Positions 27,691 through 36,654 of a stretch of 40,624 nucleotides of DNA are shown here, in pieces (within the stretch, counting starts at the first letter, position 1; each line of letters starts with the position of its first letter). Source of the DNA: a bacterium (lineage in GTDB: Bacteria; Sysuimicrobiota; Sysuimicrobiia; Sysuimicrobiales; Kaftiobacteriaceae); contig JBIOWP010000027.1 of the NCBI GenBank assembly GCA_044868695.1, positions 1 through 40,624 of the forward strand, given 5' to 3'. A model generated the notes under the pieces. The model did no database searches and was not told the DNA's origin. It worked only from the letters and a program-made list of their open reading frames with translations. Position numbers and translations under genes: made by a program.

Positions 27691-28368
27691 TTACAGAAGC
27701 TTGTACCCCAGGCCTCGGACGGTGGCAATAAAGCGGGGGTGGTCTGGGTCGTCGCCCAATTTCTGGCGCAATTTTCCAATGTGCACATCGATCGTGCGGT
27801 CCACGACGGCTGCCTCGTGATTGGCGTAGATGTGGCTCAGCAGCTGGTCCCGGGCGAAGGCCCGTTCCGGCGCTTCCATCAGCGCCCGGAGCAGCCGGAA
27901 CTCCACGGGCGTGAGCTGCACGTCGGCCCCGTCCACGGTAACGCGGTGCCGGTCCACGTCCAACGTCAGCGGACCTCGCCGGAGCACCTGGACGGGTCGC
28001 TCACGGGCCGCGCGCCTGAGGATCGTCTTCACGCGCGCAACGACCTCTCGCGGGCTGAATGGTTTGGTCACATAGTCATCTGCGCCCAGCGACAGACCCA
28101 GGAGCTTGTCGATCTCGTCGACGCGCGCGGTCAGCATCAAGATCGGCACGTCCGAGTTCGCCCGCAGCTTCCGGCAGACGTCAATGCCGTCCACCAGGGG
28201 CAGCATCAGGTCCAGGATCACCAGGTGCGGATGAACGCGGGCCGCGGCATCCAACGCCTCTCGCCCGTCACTCGTCGCGGCGACGGCAAACCCCTCCCGC
28301 TCGAGGTACATACGCAGGAGGTTGACGATCTTCGCGTCGTCTTCAACGACCAGGATGGTCTGGGACAT
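27691..28368 (-). CDS. OmpR/PhoB-family response regulator
   Basis: VVEDD, LDLMLP, GADDYVTKPF, DRTIDVHIGKLRQKL, TVRGLGY. Confidence 0.95.
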   Translation of the reverse strand: MSQTILVVEDDAKIVNLLRMYLEREGFAVAATSDGREALDAAARVHPHLVILDLMLPLVDGIDVCRKLRANSDVPILMLTARVDEIDKLLGLSLGADDYVTKPFSPREVVARVKTILRRAARERPVQVLRRGPLTLDVDRHRVTVDGADVQLTPVEFRLLRALMEAPERAFARDQLLSHIYANHEAAVVDRTIDVHIGKLRQKLGDDPDHPRFIATVRGLGYKLL

Positions 28369-28434
28369 CGGCGGCATTAGCCTAGTGGGGACGTGTAAAG
28401 CTTCAATAATGAAGAGGGGCGGGCGCAATCGCCG

Positions 28435-29097
28435 TTAGGCTCGCTCGCCCAGCCCGAGGCCTTCGGCGTCCTTCTGCCGTTCCTTGGCGATGTCCGCGAG
28501 CCAGGGCGGATCCTGGTACACGTAGTCTTTGCGGAGTGGATGCCCGATCCAGTCATCGGTCATCATGATGCGCCGCGGGTCGGGATGGCCGTCAAACACG
28601 ATCCCGAGCAGATCGTACGCCTCACGCTCGTGCCAGTTCGCGCCGTCCCAGATCCCGGTCACGGACGGCACGCGCGGGTCATCGCGCGGGATGCGCACCT
28701 TGAGGGCAAGCTCCTGTCCCGACTGGTGGGAGTACAGGTGGTAGAGGACCTCCATCTCATTCCGGTCGGGCCAATCGACCGCGCTGACGAACGACAGGTA
28801 GGTGAGCCCGAACTCCGGGTCCCCCGCGAGCGTGGTACAGACGGGCAGCAGCGTGTCTCTCGGTACGTAGACGCCCGGCGTGAGGTACTGGGTGGGTTGC
28901 TCATGGGCGGGACGGCGGGCCGGCGTCGCCGCGGATCCCGCGGGAGCCTCCGCGGGTGCCTGTGGCTCAGATTCACCCCCTGCCGTTCCGGTCCCCGGTC
29001 CCTGGTCCCTGGTCCCTGACTGTTCGTGCCCCGGCCGCGGGAACAGCTCCACGTCGGGGAATCTCGTTCGAAGTGCTTCCGCCAAAGCCCAGCTCAT
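28435..29097 (-). CDS. nuoC: NADH-quinone oxidoreductase subunit C, with a low-complexity N-terminal insert
   Basis: ANWHEREAYDLLGIVFDGHP..RRIM..GHPLRKDY. Confidence 0.92.
   Translation of the reverse strand: MSWALAEALRTRFPDVELFPRPGHEQSGTRDQGPGTGTAGGESEPQAPAEAPAGSAATPARRPAHEQPTQYLTPGVYVPRDTLLPVCTTLAGDPEFGLTYLSFVSAVDWPDRNEMEVLYHLYSHQSGQELALKVRIPRDDPRVPSVTGIWDGANWHEREAYDLLGIVFDGHPDPRRIMMTDDWIGHPLRKDYVYQDPPWLADIAKERQKDAEGLGLGERA
28990..29017. repeat. Four 7-bp tandem repeats inside nuoC
   Basis: GGTCCCC-GGTCCCT-GGTCCCT-GGTCCCT. Confidence 0.8.
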
Positions 29098-29107
29098 CTC
29101 CCCACCC

Positions 29108-29611
29108 CTATCTCCTCACCTTGACCACCCCGGTGGCAATGGGCTCCTTGGGGGCGGCGCGGTGGAGGTCGTCCAGGGTATACAGGAGGTTCGCGCGGTT
29201 GTACGTGCTGGCCTCGTAGTGCGGGACAAAGACAATCGCCTCGGTGGGGCAGACCTCCACGCACAACCCGCAGTAGCAGCACTTGTCCATCTCAATGTCA
29301 AAGCGCGTGAGGATCCGGTCTTTCGCCTTGCCGGTCGCCTCGATGTGGATGCAGCGGTCGGGGCAGACGCGTTCGCACTGGAAGCAGATGATGCACTTGT
29401 CGTTATCGGTTTCCTGATCGATCGGGAGGGCCAGCAGCCCGTGCCACCGCGCAGAGACGTTGACCTTCTGCACCGGATACGACACGGTGACCTTGCGTTC
29501 GAAGAGGGTCCGCAGCGTGGCCTTCAGCCCGACTACCAGGCCGAGCAGCCCCGCGAGGGAGCGCTCCAGCAGGGACTTCCTGCCATCGGGGTGCACCGTC
29601 ATCTCCGTCAT
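29108..29611 (-). CDS. nuoI: NADH-quinone oxidoreductase subunit I (2x[4Fe-4S])
   Basis: CIICFQCERVCP and CCYCGLCVEVCP; ATGA overlap with the nuoD stop. Confidence 0.92.
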   Translation of the reverse strand: MTEMTVHPDGRKSLLERSLAGLLGLVVGLKATLRTLFERKVTVSYPVQKVNVSARWHGLLALPIDQETDNDKCIICFQCERVCPDRCIHIEATGKAKDRILTRFDIEMDKCCYCGLCVEVCPTEAIVFVPHYEASTYNRANLLYTLDDLHRAAPKEPIATGVVKVRR

Positions 29612-30711
29612 CGGTCCACGTCCGCGAGCACGATGTCGATGCTCCCCAGGATCGCGATCACATCGGCGACTTTCCAGCCCCGCATCATCTCGGTCAGCGC
29701 ATAGAGGTTGCTGAAGGCCGGCGCGCGGATTTTCACCCGGTACGGCTTGTCCGCCCCCTCGCTGACCAGATAGATGCCGAGGTCTCCGCGCGGGGATTCG
29801 GTCCGGGCATAGACTTCGCCCTTGGGCAGCCGCAGCGTCACGGCCACCTTCGAGCGGATTTCCCCGGACGGCAAGCGCTCCAGGCACTGGCGGATGATGC
29901 GGACGCTCTGGCGCATCTCCTCCAGGCGTACGAGATACCGCGCGTAACAGTCGCCTTCGGCGCGTACGGGCACGTCAAACTGCAGGCGGTCGTACACCTC
30001 GTAGGGATGGGCCTTCCGGACGTCGTAGGCGAGACCCGACGCGCGGAGCACGGGACCGGAGGCCCCCAGCTCAATTGCTTTGTCCAGGGGCAGCACGCCG
30101 ACGCCCTGCGTCCGGGCAAGGAAGATCGGGTTGCCGGTGAGGAGCTCGTCGTACTCCGGCAGCCGGTCGCCAAGGTAGTCGCAGAACTCCGCGCAGCGGT
30201 CTGTCCAGCCCTCGGGCAGATCGTCAAAGACGCCGCCGATCCGGAAGTACACGTGGTGCAGCCTGCCGCCGGTGGCCGATTCAAAGAGGTCCATGATGCG
30301 CTCGCGCTCCCGCATCGCCCACAGGAACGCGGTGAACGCCCCGAGGTCGATCCCGAAGGTGCCCAGCCAGATCAGATGACTGCTGATCCGCTGCAGTTCC
30401 AGCATGATCGTGCGGATGTGGCGGGCACGGTCGGGCACCTCGACCTTGCCCAGCCGCTCGCATGCGAGGACCCACACCTCCTCATTGGCCATCGCGGCCA
30501 GGTAATCCATGCCCCGGTCGACCAGCGCGATGTTCTGGAGATACGTGCGGTTCTCCATCATCTTCTCCACGGAGGAGTGCAGGTAGCCGATGTCCGGCTG
30601 GACGTCGACGATGTTCTCCCCGTCGAGGGTGACGACCATGCGTAGGACCCCGTGGGTGCTGGGGTGCTGCGGGCCCATGTTGAGCATGAGCTCTTCGGTC
30701 CGGAGCGCCAT
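29608..30711 (-). CDS. nuoD: NADH-quinone oxidoreductase subunit D
   Basis: NMGPQHPSTHGVLR, ELQRISSHL, ESPRG, C-terminal DIVLADVDR; no NiFe CxxC motifs. Confidence 0.95.
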   Translation of the reverse strand: MALRTEELMLNMGPQHPSTHGVLRMVVTLDGENIVDVQPDIGYLHSSVEKMMENRTYLQNIALVDRGMDYLAAMANEEVWVLACERLGKVEVPDRARHIRTIMLELQRISSHLIWLGTFGIDLGAFTAFLWAMRERERIMDLFESATGGRLHHVYFRIGGVFDDLPEGWTDRCAEFCDYLGDRLPEYDELLTGNPIFLARTQGVGVLPLDKAIELGASGPVLRASGLAYDVRKAHPYEVYDRLQFDVPVRAEGDCYARYLVRLEEMRQSVRIIRQCLERLPSGEIRSKVAVTLRLPKGEVYARTESPRGDLGIYLVSEGADKPYRVKIRAPAFSNLYALTEMMRGWKVADVIAILGSIDIVLADVDR

Positions 30712-30715
30712 CGCG

Positions 30716-31306
<591 letters not shown>

Positions 31307-31332
31307 CCTCCTGACGGCTGGCGTCCCCTCTC

Positions 31333-31361
31333 ATCATAGATTCGGGGCCGGGGGGCGTCAA
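31333..31361 (-). promoter_or_regulatory. Sigma70-type promoter for nuoB-D-I-C
   Basis: TTGACG-N17-TATGAT. Confidence 0.75.
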
Positions 31362-31384
31362 ACCTACGGACGCGTAAATTTAAT

Positions 31385-31413
31385 TTGACACTTACGTAAG
31401 TACATGATTAAAT
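31385..31413 (+). promoter_or_regulatory. Promoter and palindromic operator for the ArsR operon (probably leaderless)
   Basis: TTGACA (31385-31390), perfect palindrome ACTTACGTAAGT (31390-31401), TGaTTAAAT ending 7 nt before the ATG at 31421. Confidence 0.65.
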
Positions 31414-31420
31414 ATGGTCG

Positions 31421-31777
31421 ATGGACACCGCCGTAAGAGCGATCGCCGAGCCGCGCCGGCGCGAAATCCTCCGCCTGATCTGGACGCGGGAGTTGCCGGC
31501 CGGGAGAATTGCTTCGCACTTTGCAGTCACGCGTCCGGCCATTTCGCAGCACTTGCGGGTGCTCAAGGAGGCGGGGCTGGTGCATGAGCGTCGCGATGGG
31601 ACGCGCCGCTTGTACCGCGCCCGGCCGGAGACCATTGCCGAGGTTCGACGGTTCCTTGACGCGTTTTGGGACGAAGGGCTACAGCGCCTCAAAGCGGCCG
31701 CAGAAGCTGAGGAGCGCCGGAAGCGGACGCCGACACCGCTCGGAAAGACACGACGCGACAGGAGGATCAACAGATGA
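31421..31777 (+). CDS. ArsR/SmtB-family transcriptional regulator
   Basis: AIAEPRRREIL..VTRPAISQHLRVLKEAGLV..GTRRLY; no Cys, so unlikely to be a thiol-type metal sensor. Confidence 0.92.
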   Translation: MDTAVRAIAEPRRREILRLIWTRELPAGRIASHFAVTRPAISQHLRVLKEAGLVHERRDGTRRLYRARPETIAEVRRFLDAFWDEGLQRLKAAAEAEERRKRTPTPLGKTRRDRRINR

Positions 31778-32229
31778 CCGTTGAAGAACGCACTGCCATC
31801 AGACGTGAGCTCCGGGTGGCCGCCCGGCCGGAGACCATCTTCGGATTGCTCACCGATCCGGCAAAATACACTCGCTGGAAGGGTGCGCTGGCGGACCTGG
31901 ACCCCCGGCCGGGGGGAGTCTACCGGGTGCAGATGAACAGCCATGACATCGCCAGGGGACGCTACGTGGAGGTCGTGCCCTACAGCCGGGTGGTGTTCAC
32001 CTGGGGGTGGGAAGGAAGCGGGGCGGTGCCACCCGGTCCCAGCACCGTGGAAGTCACGCTCACCCCTGACGGGGACGGCACGATGGTCCGGTTGGTGCAT
32101 CGTGACCTTCCCGAGGCGGCGCGCGACAAACATCTCCAGGGCTGGGAGCTCTATCTGCACCGACTGGCCACCGTGGCATCAGGCGCCGACCCGGGGCCGG
32201 ATCCGAACATGGAAGCAGGCAGGATGTAG
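31774..32229 (+). CDS. SRPBCC/AHSA1-like ligand-binding protein
   Basis: DLDPRPGGVY, RVVFTWGW, GTMVRLVH, HLQGW; ATGA overlap with arsR. Confidence 0.9.
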   Translation: MTVEERTAIRRELRVAARPETIFGLLTDPAKYTRWKGALADLDPRPGGVYRVQMNSHDIARGRYVEVVPYSRVVFTWGWEGSGAVPPGPSTVEVTLTPDGDGTMVRLVHRDLPEAARDKHLQGWELYLHRLATVASGADPGPDPNMEAGRM

Positions 32230-32262
32230 GGAAGGGGTTCCACACCAGAGGAGGTGGCGGGA

Positions 32263-32619
32263 ATGGGCAAGCCTGTCGTGCACTTCGAAGTCACGGGCAA
32301 GGACGGGACGCGGTTGCAGAAATTCTATCGGGAGTTGTTTGACTGGAAGGTCGATGCCAACAATCCCATGCAATACGGGATGGTGGAGACAGGCGGGAAG
32401 GGCATCAACGGCGGCATCGCGGCCACCCAGCAGGGTAGCCCGGGCGGCGTGACCTTCTACGTCGAGGTCGAAGACCTGGGCGAGTATCTCCGGATGGCAG
32501 AACGGCTTGGCGGGAAGACCATCCTGCCTCCGAGCGAGGTCCCGGGAGGACCGGCGCTGGCGCTCTTCGCCGACCCCGAAGGGAACAGGATCGGTCTGGT
32601 CAAAGCCGGCAGCATGTAG
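32263..32619 (+). CDS. VOC/glyoxalase-family protein
   Basis: VVHFEV..FYRELFDW..GINGGI..FYVEVED..FADPEGNRIGL; GGAGG RBS. Confidence 0.9.
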   Translation: MGKPVVHFEVTGKDGTRLQKFYRELFDWKVDANNPMQYGMVETGGKGINGGIAATQQGSPGGVTFYVEVEDLGEYLRMAERLGGKTILPPSEVPGGPALALFADPEGNRIGLVKAGSM

Positions 32620-32627
32620 CCCACAGA

Positions 32628-34493
32628 TCAGCGCCCGACCGGAGCCGGGCCGGCGTGCGCAATGAGCGCGCGGACCGCCCCGGCGATGTGCCTCGCGCTG
32701 ATACCGGCGGCGTCCAGCAGTTCGTCCGGTGTCCCAGACCCGGGCATCGCCTTCACGCCGAGGACGCGCACCTCAGGCATGGATCCACCGGCGGCCAGCG
32801 CAGACAGCACGGCCTCGCCCAGGCCGCCCTCCGGCCAGTGGTCCTCGACGGAGACGATCACGCCGGTCTCGCGCGCGGCCTCCAGCAACGTCGCGGCGTC
32901 GATGGGTTTGATCGAGTAGGCGTCGATGACGCGCACGGGGATCCCTTCGCGGGCCAGCAGGTCGCGCGCCCGGAGTGCCTCGTGGATGGTGATGCCCGCG
33001 GCGACGACCGTCGCCCTATCGTGCTCCGAGCGGGCCACCACGATGCTGCCCCCGATGGGAAACCGCTGGTCGGACCCATAGAGCACCGGGGTCTTCTCGC
33101 GTGTCGTGCGAAGGAAGACGATCCCGGGCCGGTCCGCCATCTGCGCGACCAGCTGCGCGGTCTGGTTAGCGTCGCAGGGATACAGCACCGTGCTGCCTGA
33201 CACGGCCCGCATCATGGCCAGATCTTCCAGACCCATCTGCGACGGCCCGTCCCAGCCGATGGACACCCCGGCATGGGAGCCGGCAAGTTTGATGTTCGCC
33301 CGCGACACGGCGGCCATCCGGATGAAGTCGTAGGCGCGCGTCAGGAACGCGGCGAACGAGGACGCAAACGGCACGTACCCGCGGACCTGCAGGCCCACCG
33401 CCGCCGCGACCATCTGCTGCTCGGCAATGTACATCTCAAAGTAGCGGTCCGGGTGGGCCCGCGCGAAATCCTCGGCATAGGTCGAGTTGCTGACCTCGGC
33501 GTCGAGAACGACCACCTCCGGCCTGGCCGCCCCCAGCGCCACGAGCGCATCTCCATAGGCGCGCCGGGTCGCGACGCTGTCCCCCGTGCGGTAGACAGGC
33601 AGCTGCGGCGGCCGGACGGCTCGAGGCGGAGCGGGCGGCAGGGGATCGGGAGGCCGGAGCTGGACCGTGTGACTGCGCGGCCCGCCCAGTTCGGCGATGG
33701 CCTGCGCGGCCTGCTCCTTTGACAATGCCTTGCCGTGCCAGCCGTCCTTGTTCTCGACGAGAGAGGCGCCCTTCCCCTTCACCGTGCGGGCGACGATCAT
33801 CACCGGCGTCTCTGACGGCGCCGCGGCGGCCGCATACGCGCGATCGATCTCTTCAAGGTTGTGGCCGTCGATCTCGATCGTCCGCCAGCCGAACGCGGCT
33901 GCCCGCTGCGCGTACGCGCTGGTGTTCCACCCCGGCATCGTCTCACCTCGCTGCCCCAGGCGGTTGACGTCCACGATGCAGGTGAGATTGCTCAGCCGGT
34001 AATACGCGGCATGCTCAACGGCTTCCCACACCGAGCCCTCGGCCATCTCACTGTCGCCGGATAGCACCCAGACCCGGTAGGAAATCCTGTCCAGGGACTT
34101 GCCGGCGAGCGCGATTCCCACGCCGATCGGCAGGCCCTGCCCCAGCGAACCGGTGGCCACGTCGACCCACGGCAGCACCGGCGTGGGATGCCCCTCGAGC
34201 CGGCTGCCGAAGCGGCGCAGGGTCATCAACTCATCGTCCGTGATCGCCCCCGCCGCCTTGAGCAGCGCGTACAGGAGAGGCGAGGCGTGCCCCTTGGACA
34301 ACACCAGGTGGTCGTTCGCGGGATGCTTGGGATTCTTGACGTCGTAGCGCAGGTGGCCGGCGAGCAACACCGCCATCAGGTCGGCGGCCGACATCGACGA
34401 CGTGGGATGGCCGGACCCGGCGGCGGTGGTCGCGCGGATACTGTCCACCCGCAGCTGCGCCGCGAGTTCCCGCCACAGCGCCGGCGTGGTCAC
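32628..34493 (-). CDS. tkt: Transketolase (short, about 620-aa type)
   Basis: SGHPTSSMS, LSKGHA, GSLGQG, TPP motif GDSE...VNRLGQ, IAEQQM, DGPSQM; GTGA overlap with the sufU stop. Confidence 0.94.
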   Translation of the reverse strand: MTTPALWRELAAQLRVDSIRATTAAGSGHPTSSMSAADLMAVLLAGHLRYDVKNPKHPANDHLVLSKGHASPLLYALLKAAGAITDDELMTLRRFGSRLEGHPTPVLPWVDVATGSLGQGLPIGVGIALAGKSLDRISYRVWVLSGDSEMAEGSVWEAVEHAAYYRLSNLTCIVDVNRLGQRGETMPGWNTSAYAQRAAAFGWRTIEIDGHNLEEIDRAYAAAAAPSETPVMIVARTVKGKGASLVENKDGWHGKALSKEQAAQAIAELGGPRSHTVQLRPPDPLPPAPPRAVRPPQLPVYRTGDSVATRRAYGDALVALGAARPEVVVLDAEVSNSTYAEDFARAHPDRYFEMYIAEQQMVAAAVGLQVRGYVPFASSFAAFLTRAYDFIRMAAVSRANIKLAGSHAGVSIGWDGPSQMGLEDLAMMRAVSGSTVLYPCDANQTAQLVAQMADRPGIVFLRTTREKTPVLYGSDQRFPIGGSIVVARSEHDRATVVAAGITIHEALRARDLLAREGIPVRVIDAYSIKPIDAATLLEAARETGVIVSVEDHWPEGGLGEAVLSALAAGGSMPEVRVLGVKAMPGSGTPDELLDAAGISARHIAGAVRALIAHAGPAPVGR

Positions 34494-34972
34494 GCCCGTC
34501 GCCCCGGAGGGAGCTCGCTGCTGGCCCTGGTTTCGATCCGGCCCCGAGAGGTCTCAAACTCGTCGACGCCCTGGTCCAGCGCCACCCAGGCCAGCGTCGC
34601 GCACTTGATGCGCACCGGGAACTTGCGCACCCCCTGCAGGGCGACCAGATCACCCAGCTCCTCCTCAGGCACGGCGTCTCCGTGCATCATCGCCTTGAAC
34701 CGCCCCACCAGCGCCCGGGCTTCGGCGAGCGTCTTCCCCTTGATCTGATCGGTCATCATCGACGCCGAGGCCTGGCTGATGGAACACCCCCGGCCGACAA
34801 AGCGGACGGCCGAGATCTTCCCGCCGGCGAGCTTGACATAGATCGAGAGCTCATCTCCGCACAGGGGATTGGCCCCTTCCACCGTGATGTCCGGGTCGTC
34901 GAGCGTGCCCTTGTTGCGCGGGCGGGTGTAGTGATCGAGGATCACTTCGCGGTACAGATCGTCTAAGGCCAC
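34490..34972 (-). CDS. sufU: SUF system NifU-family sulfur-transfer protein
   Basis: LYREVILDH, NPLCGD, GCSISQASAS, RIKCATLAW. Confidence 0.95.
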   Translation of the reverse strand: MALDDLYREVILDHYTRPRNKGTLDDPDITVEGANPLCGDELSIYVKLAGGKISAVRFVGRGCSISQASASMMTDQIKGKTLAEARALVGRFKAMMHGDAVPEEELGDLVALQGVRKFPVRIKCATLAWVALDQGVDEFETSRGRIETRASSELPPGRRA

Positions 34973-34990
34973 ACGAATCCTCCGGGTCTC

Positions 34991-36244
34991 CTACGTCGAC
35001 AGCCGTTGCGCCGGCGCGGGCTTCGGGGAGAACATCCGGCGCACGATGTGCAATCCGCGAATGAGCGCGTCGATGTCACTCTCCGTATTGTACAGGTAGA
35101 GGCTCGCCCGTGTCGTCGCCGCAACGCCCAGCCGCCGGTGCAGCGGCTGCGTGCAGTGGTGGCCGGCCCGGACCGCGATCCCCTCCTGATCCAGCACCTG
35201 TGCCACGTCGTGCGGGTGCACGACGTCCATTGCGAACGCGAGCACCCCGCCGCGGTGATCCAGCTGGCGCGGCCCGAACACGGTGAGGCCCGGCACCTCG
35301 GCCAGCCGCTCCATCGTGTACGCCGACAGGCGCCGCTCGTGCGCGCGGATCGCGTCCATGCCGATGCCCTGGAGGTACGCGACCGCGTCGCCCCAGACGA
35401 TGCAGTCGCCGATGTTGGGCGTACCGGCTTCGAACTTGTGCGGCGGCTCCTTGTAGGTGGACGCGTGCAGCTGCACGAGCATGATCATCTCGCCCCCGCC
35501 GTGAAACGGCGGCATCGCATCCAGAATCTCGTAGCGGGCCCACAGGGCCCCGGCACCCGTCGGCCCGCACATCTTGTGACCGGAGAAGGCGAAAAAGTCG
35601 ACGTCCAGGTCGGCGACAGATACCGGCATGTGGGGCGCGCTCTGCGCACCGTCCACGAGCACCTTGGCGCCCGCGGCGTGGGCCTTGGCGGCGATCTCCT
35701 TGACGGGATTGATGGTGCCCAGCACGTTGGACTGATGCGGGAGGGCCACCAGCCGCGTCCGATCCGAGAGCAGCCGGTCATACTCATCCAGCTGCAGGAC
35801 GCCCGCTCCATCGAACGGGATGAACCGCAGCGTCGCGCCCTTCTCTGCGGCCAGCAGCTGCCAGGGCACCAGGTTGCTGTGGTGCTCCATCTCGGTCAGG
35901 AGAATCTCGTCCCCGGAGCGGATGTTGGCGCGCCCCCACGCATAGGCCACCAGGTTGATGGCCTCGGTGGTGCTGCGCGTGAACACCACCTCCTCCGGCC
36001 GCCTCGCGCCGATGAACGCGGCGAGCGCGCCGCGGGCCTCCTCGTACCGCCGCGTCGCCTCCTCGGCCATCTCATAGATGCCGCGGTGCACGTTGGCGTT
36101 GTAGCCGGTGTAATACCGCACGAGTGCATCGATCACCCGGCGCGGCTTCTGGGATGTCGCCGCACTATCGAGGTAGACCAGCGGCTTCCCATGCACCGTG
36201 CGGCTCAAAATGGGAAAGTCGGCTCGCACGCGCTGCGGGTCCAT
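34991..36244 (-). CDS. sufS: Cysteine desulfurase, SufS type
   Basis: YLDSAATSQKP, SGHKMCGPTG (PLP Lys), RAGHHC; GGAG RBS before ATG at 36244. Confidence 0.96.
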   Translation of the reverse strand: MDPQRVRADFPILSRTVHGKPLVYLDSAATSQKPRRVIDALVRYYTGYNANVHRGIYEMAEEATRRYEEARGALAAFIGARRPEEVVFTRSTTEAINLVAYAWGRANIRSGDEILLTEMEHHSNLVPWQLLAAEKGATLRFIPFDGAGVLQLDEYDRLLSDRTRLVALPHQSNVLGTINPVKEIAAKAHAAGAKVLVDGAQSAPHMPVSVADLDVDFFAFSGHKMCGPTGAGALWARYEILDAMPPFHGGGEMIMLVQLHASTYKEPPHKFEAGTPNIGDCIVWGDAVAYLQGIGMDAIRAHERRLSAYTMERLAEVPGLTVFGPRQLDHRGGVLAFAMDVVHPHDVAQVLDQEGIAVRAGHHCTQPLHRRLGVAATTRASLYLYNTESDIDALIRGLHIVRRMFSPKPAPAQRLST

Positions 36245-36259
36245 GATCGTCCTCTCCTC

Positions 36260-36294
36260 GTTTCCCGGTTTCGGGTCCCCGGTCCCTGGTCCCG
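36260..36294. repeat. Five degenerate 7-bp tandem repeats between the ferredoxin gene and sufS
   Basis: GTTTCCC-GGTTTCG-GGTCCCC-GGTCCCT-GGTCCCG. Confidence 0.7.
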
Positions 36295-36297
36295 GTC

Positions 36298-36654
36298 TCA
36301 TGCCTTGTGCGGCATGCCCCGGCCCTTCTGGGGCACCGGCAGCACGAGCACCTGCCCGCCTTCGACCTTCACCTGGTAGGTGTTGACGGGGACCACCGCC
36401 GGCAGCGACAGCACGCGGCCGGTCGGCAGGTGGAACCGCGAGCCGTGCTTGGGACAGGCGACGATTTCCCCGTACACCGGCCCGGCGGCCAGCGACGTCT
36501 CCTCGTGCGTGCACGAGTCGTCGATCGCGTAGAACGTGCCGTTGACGTTGAAGAGGGCGATCCGCCGGCCGTCCACCGTCACGGCTCTCGCCGTTCCGGG
36601 CGGCACGTCTGCGGCCGACGCCACCGGGACAAATGCAGCCGTTCGCTCCGTCAT
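36298..36654 (-). CDS. Rieske-type [2Fe-2S] ferredoxin
   Basis: CTH...CPKHGSRF; ATGA overlap with the sufD stop. Confidence 0.93.
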   Translation of the reverse strand: MTERTAAFVPVASAADVPPGTARAVTVDGRRIALFNVNGTFYAIDDSCTHEETSLAAGPVYGEIVACPKHGSRFHLPTGRVLSLPAVVPVNTYQVKVEGGQVLVLPVPQKGRGMPHKA

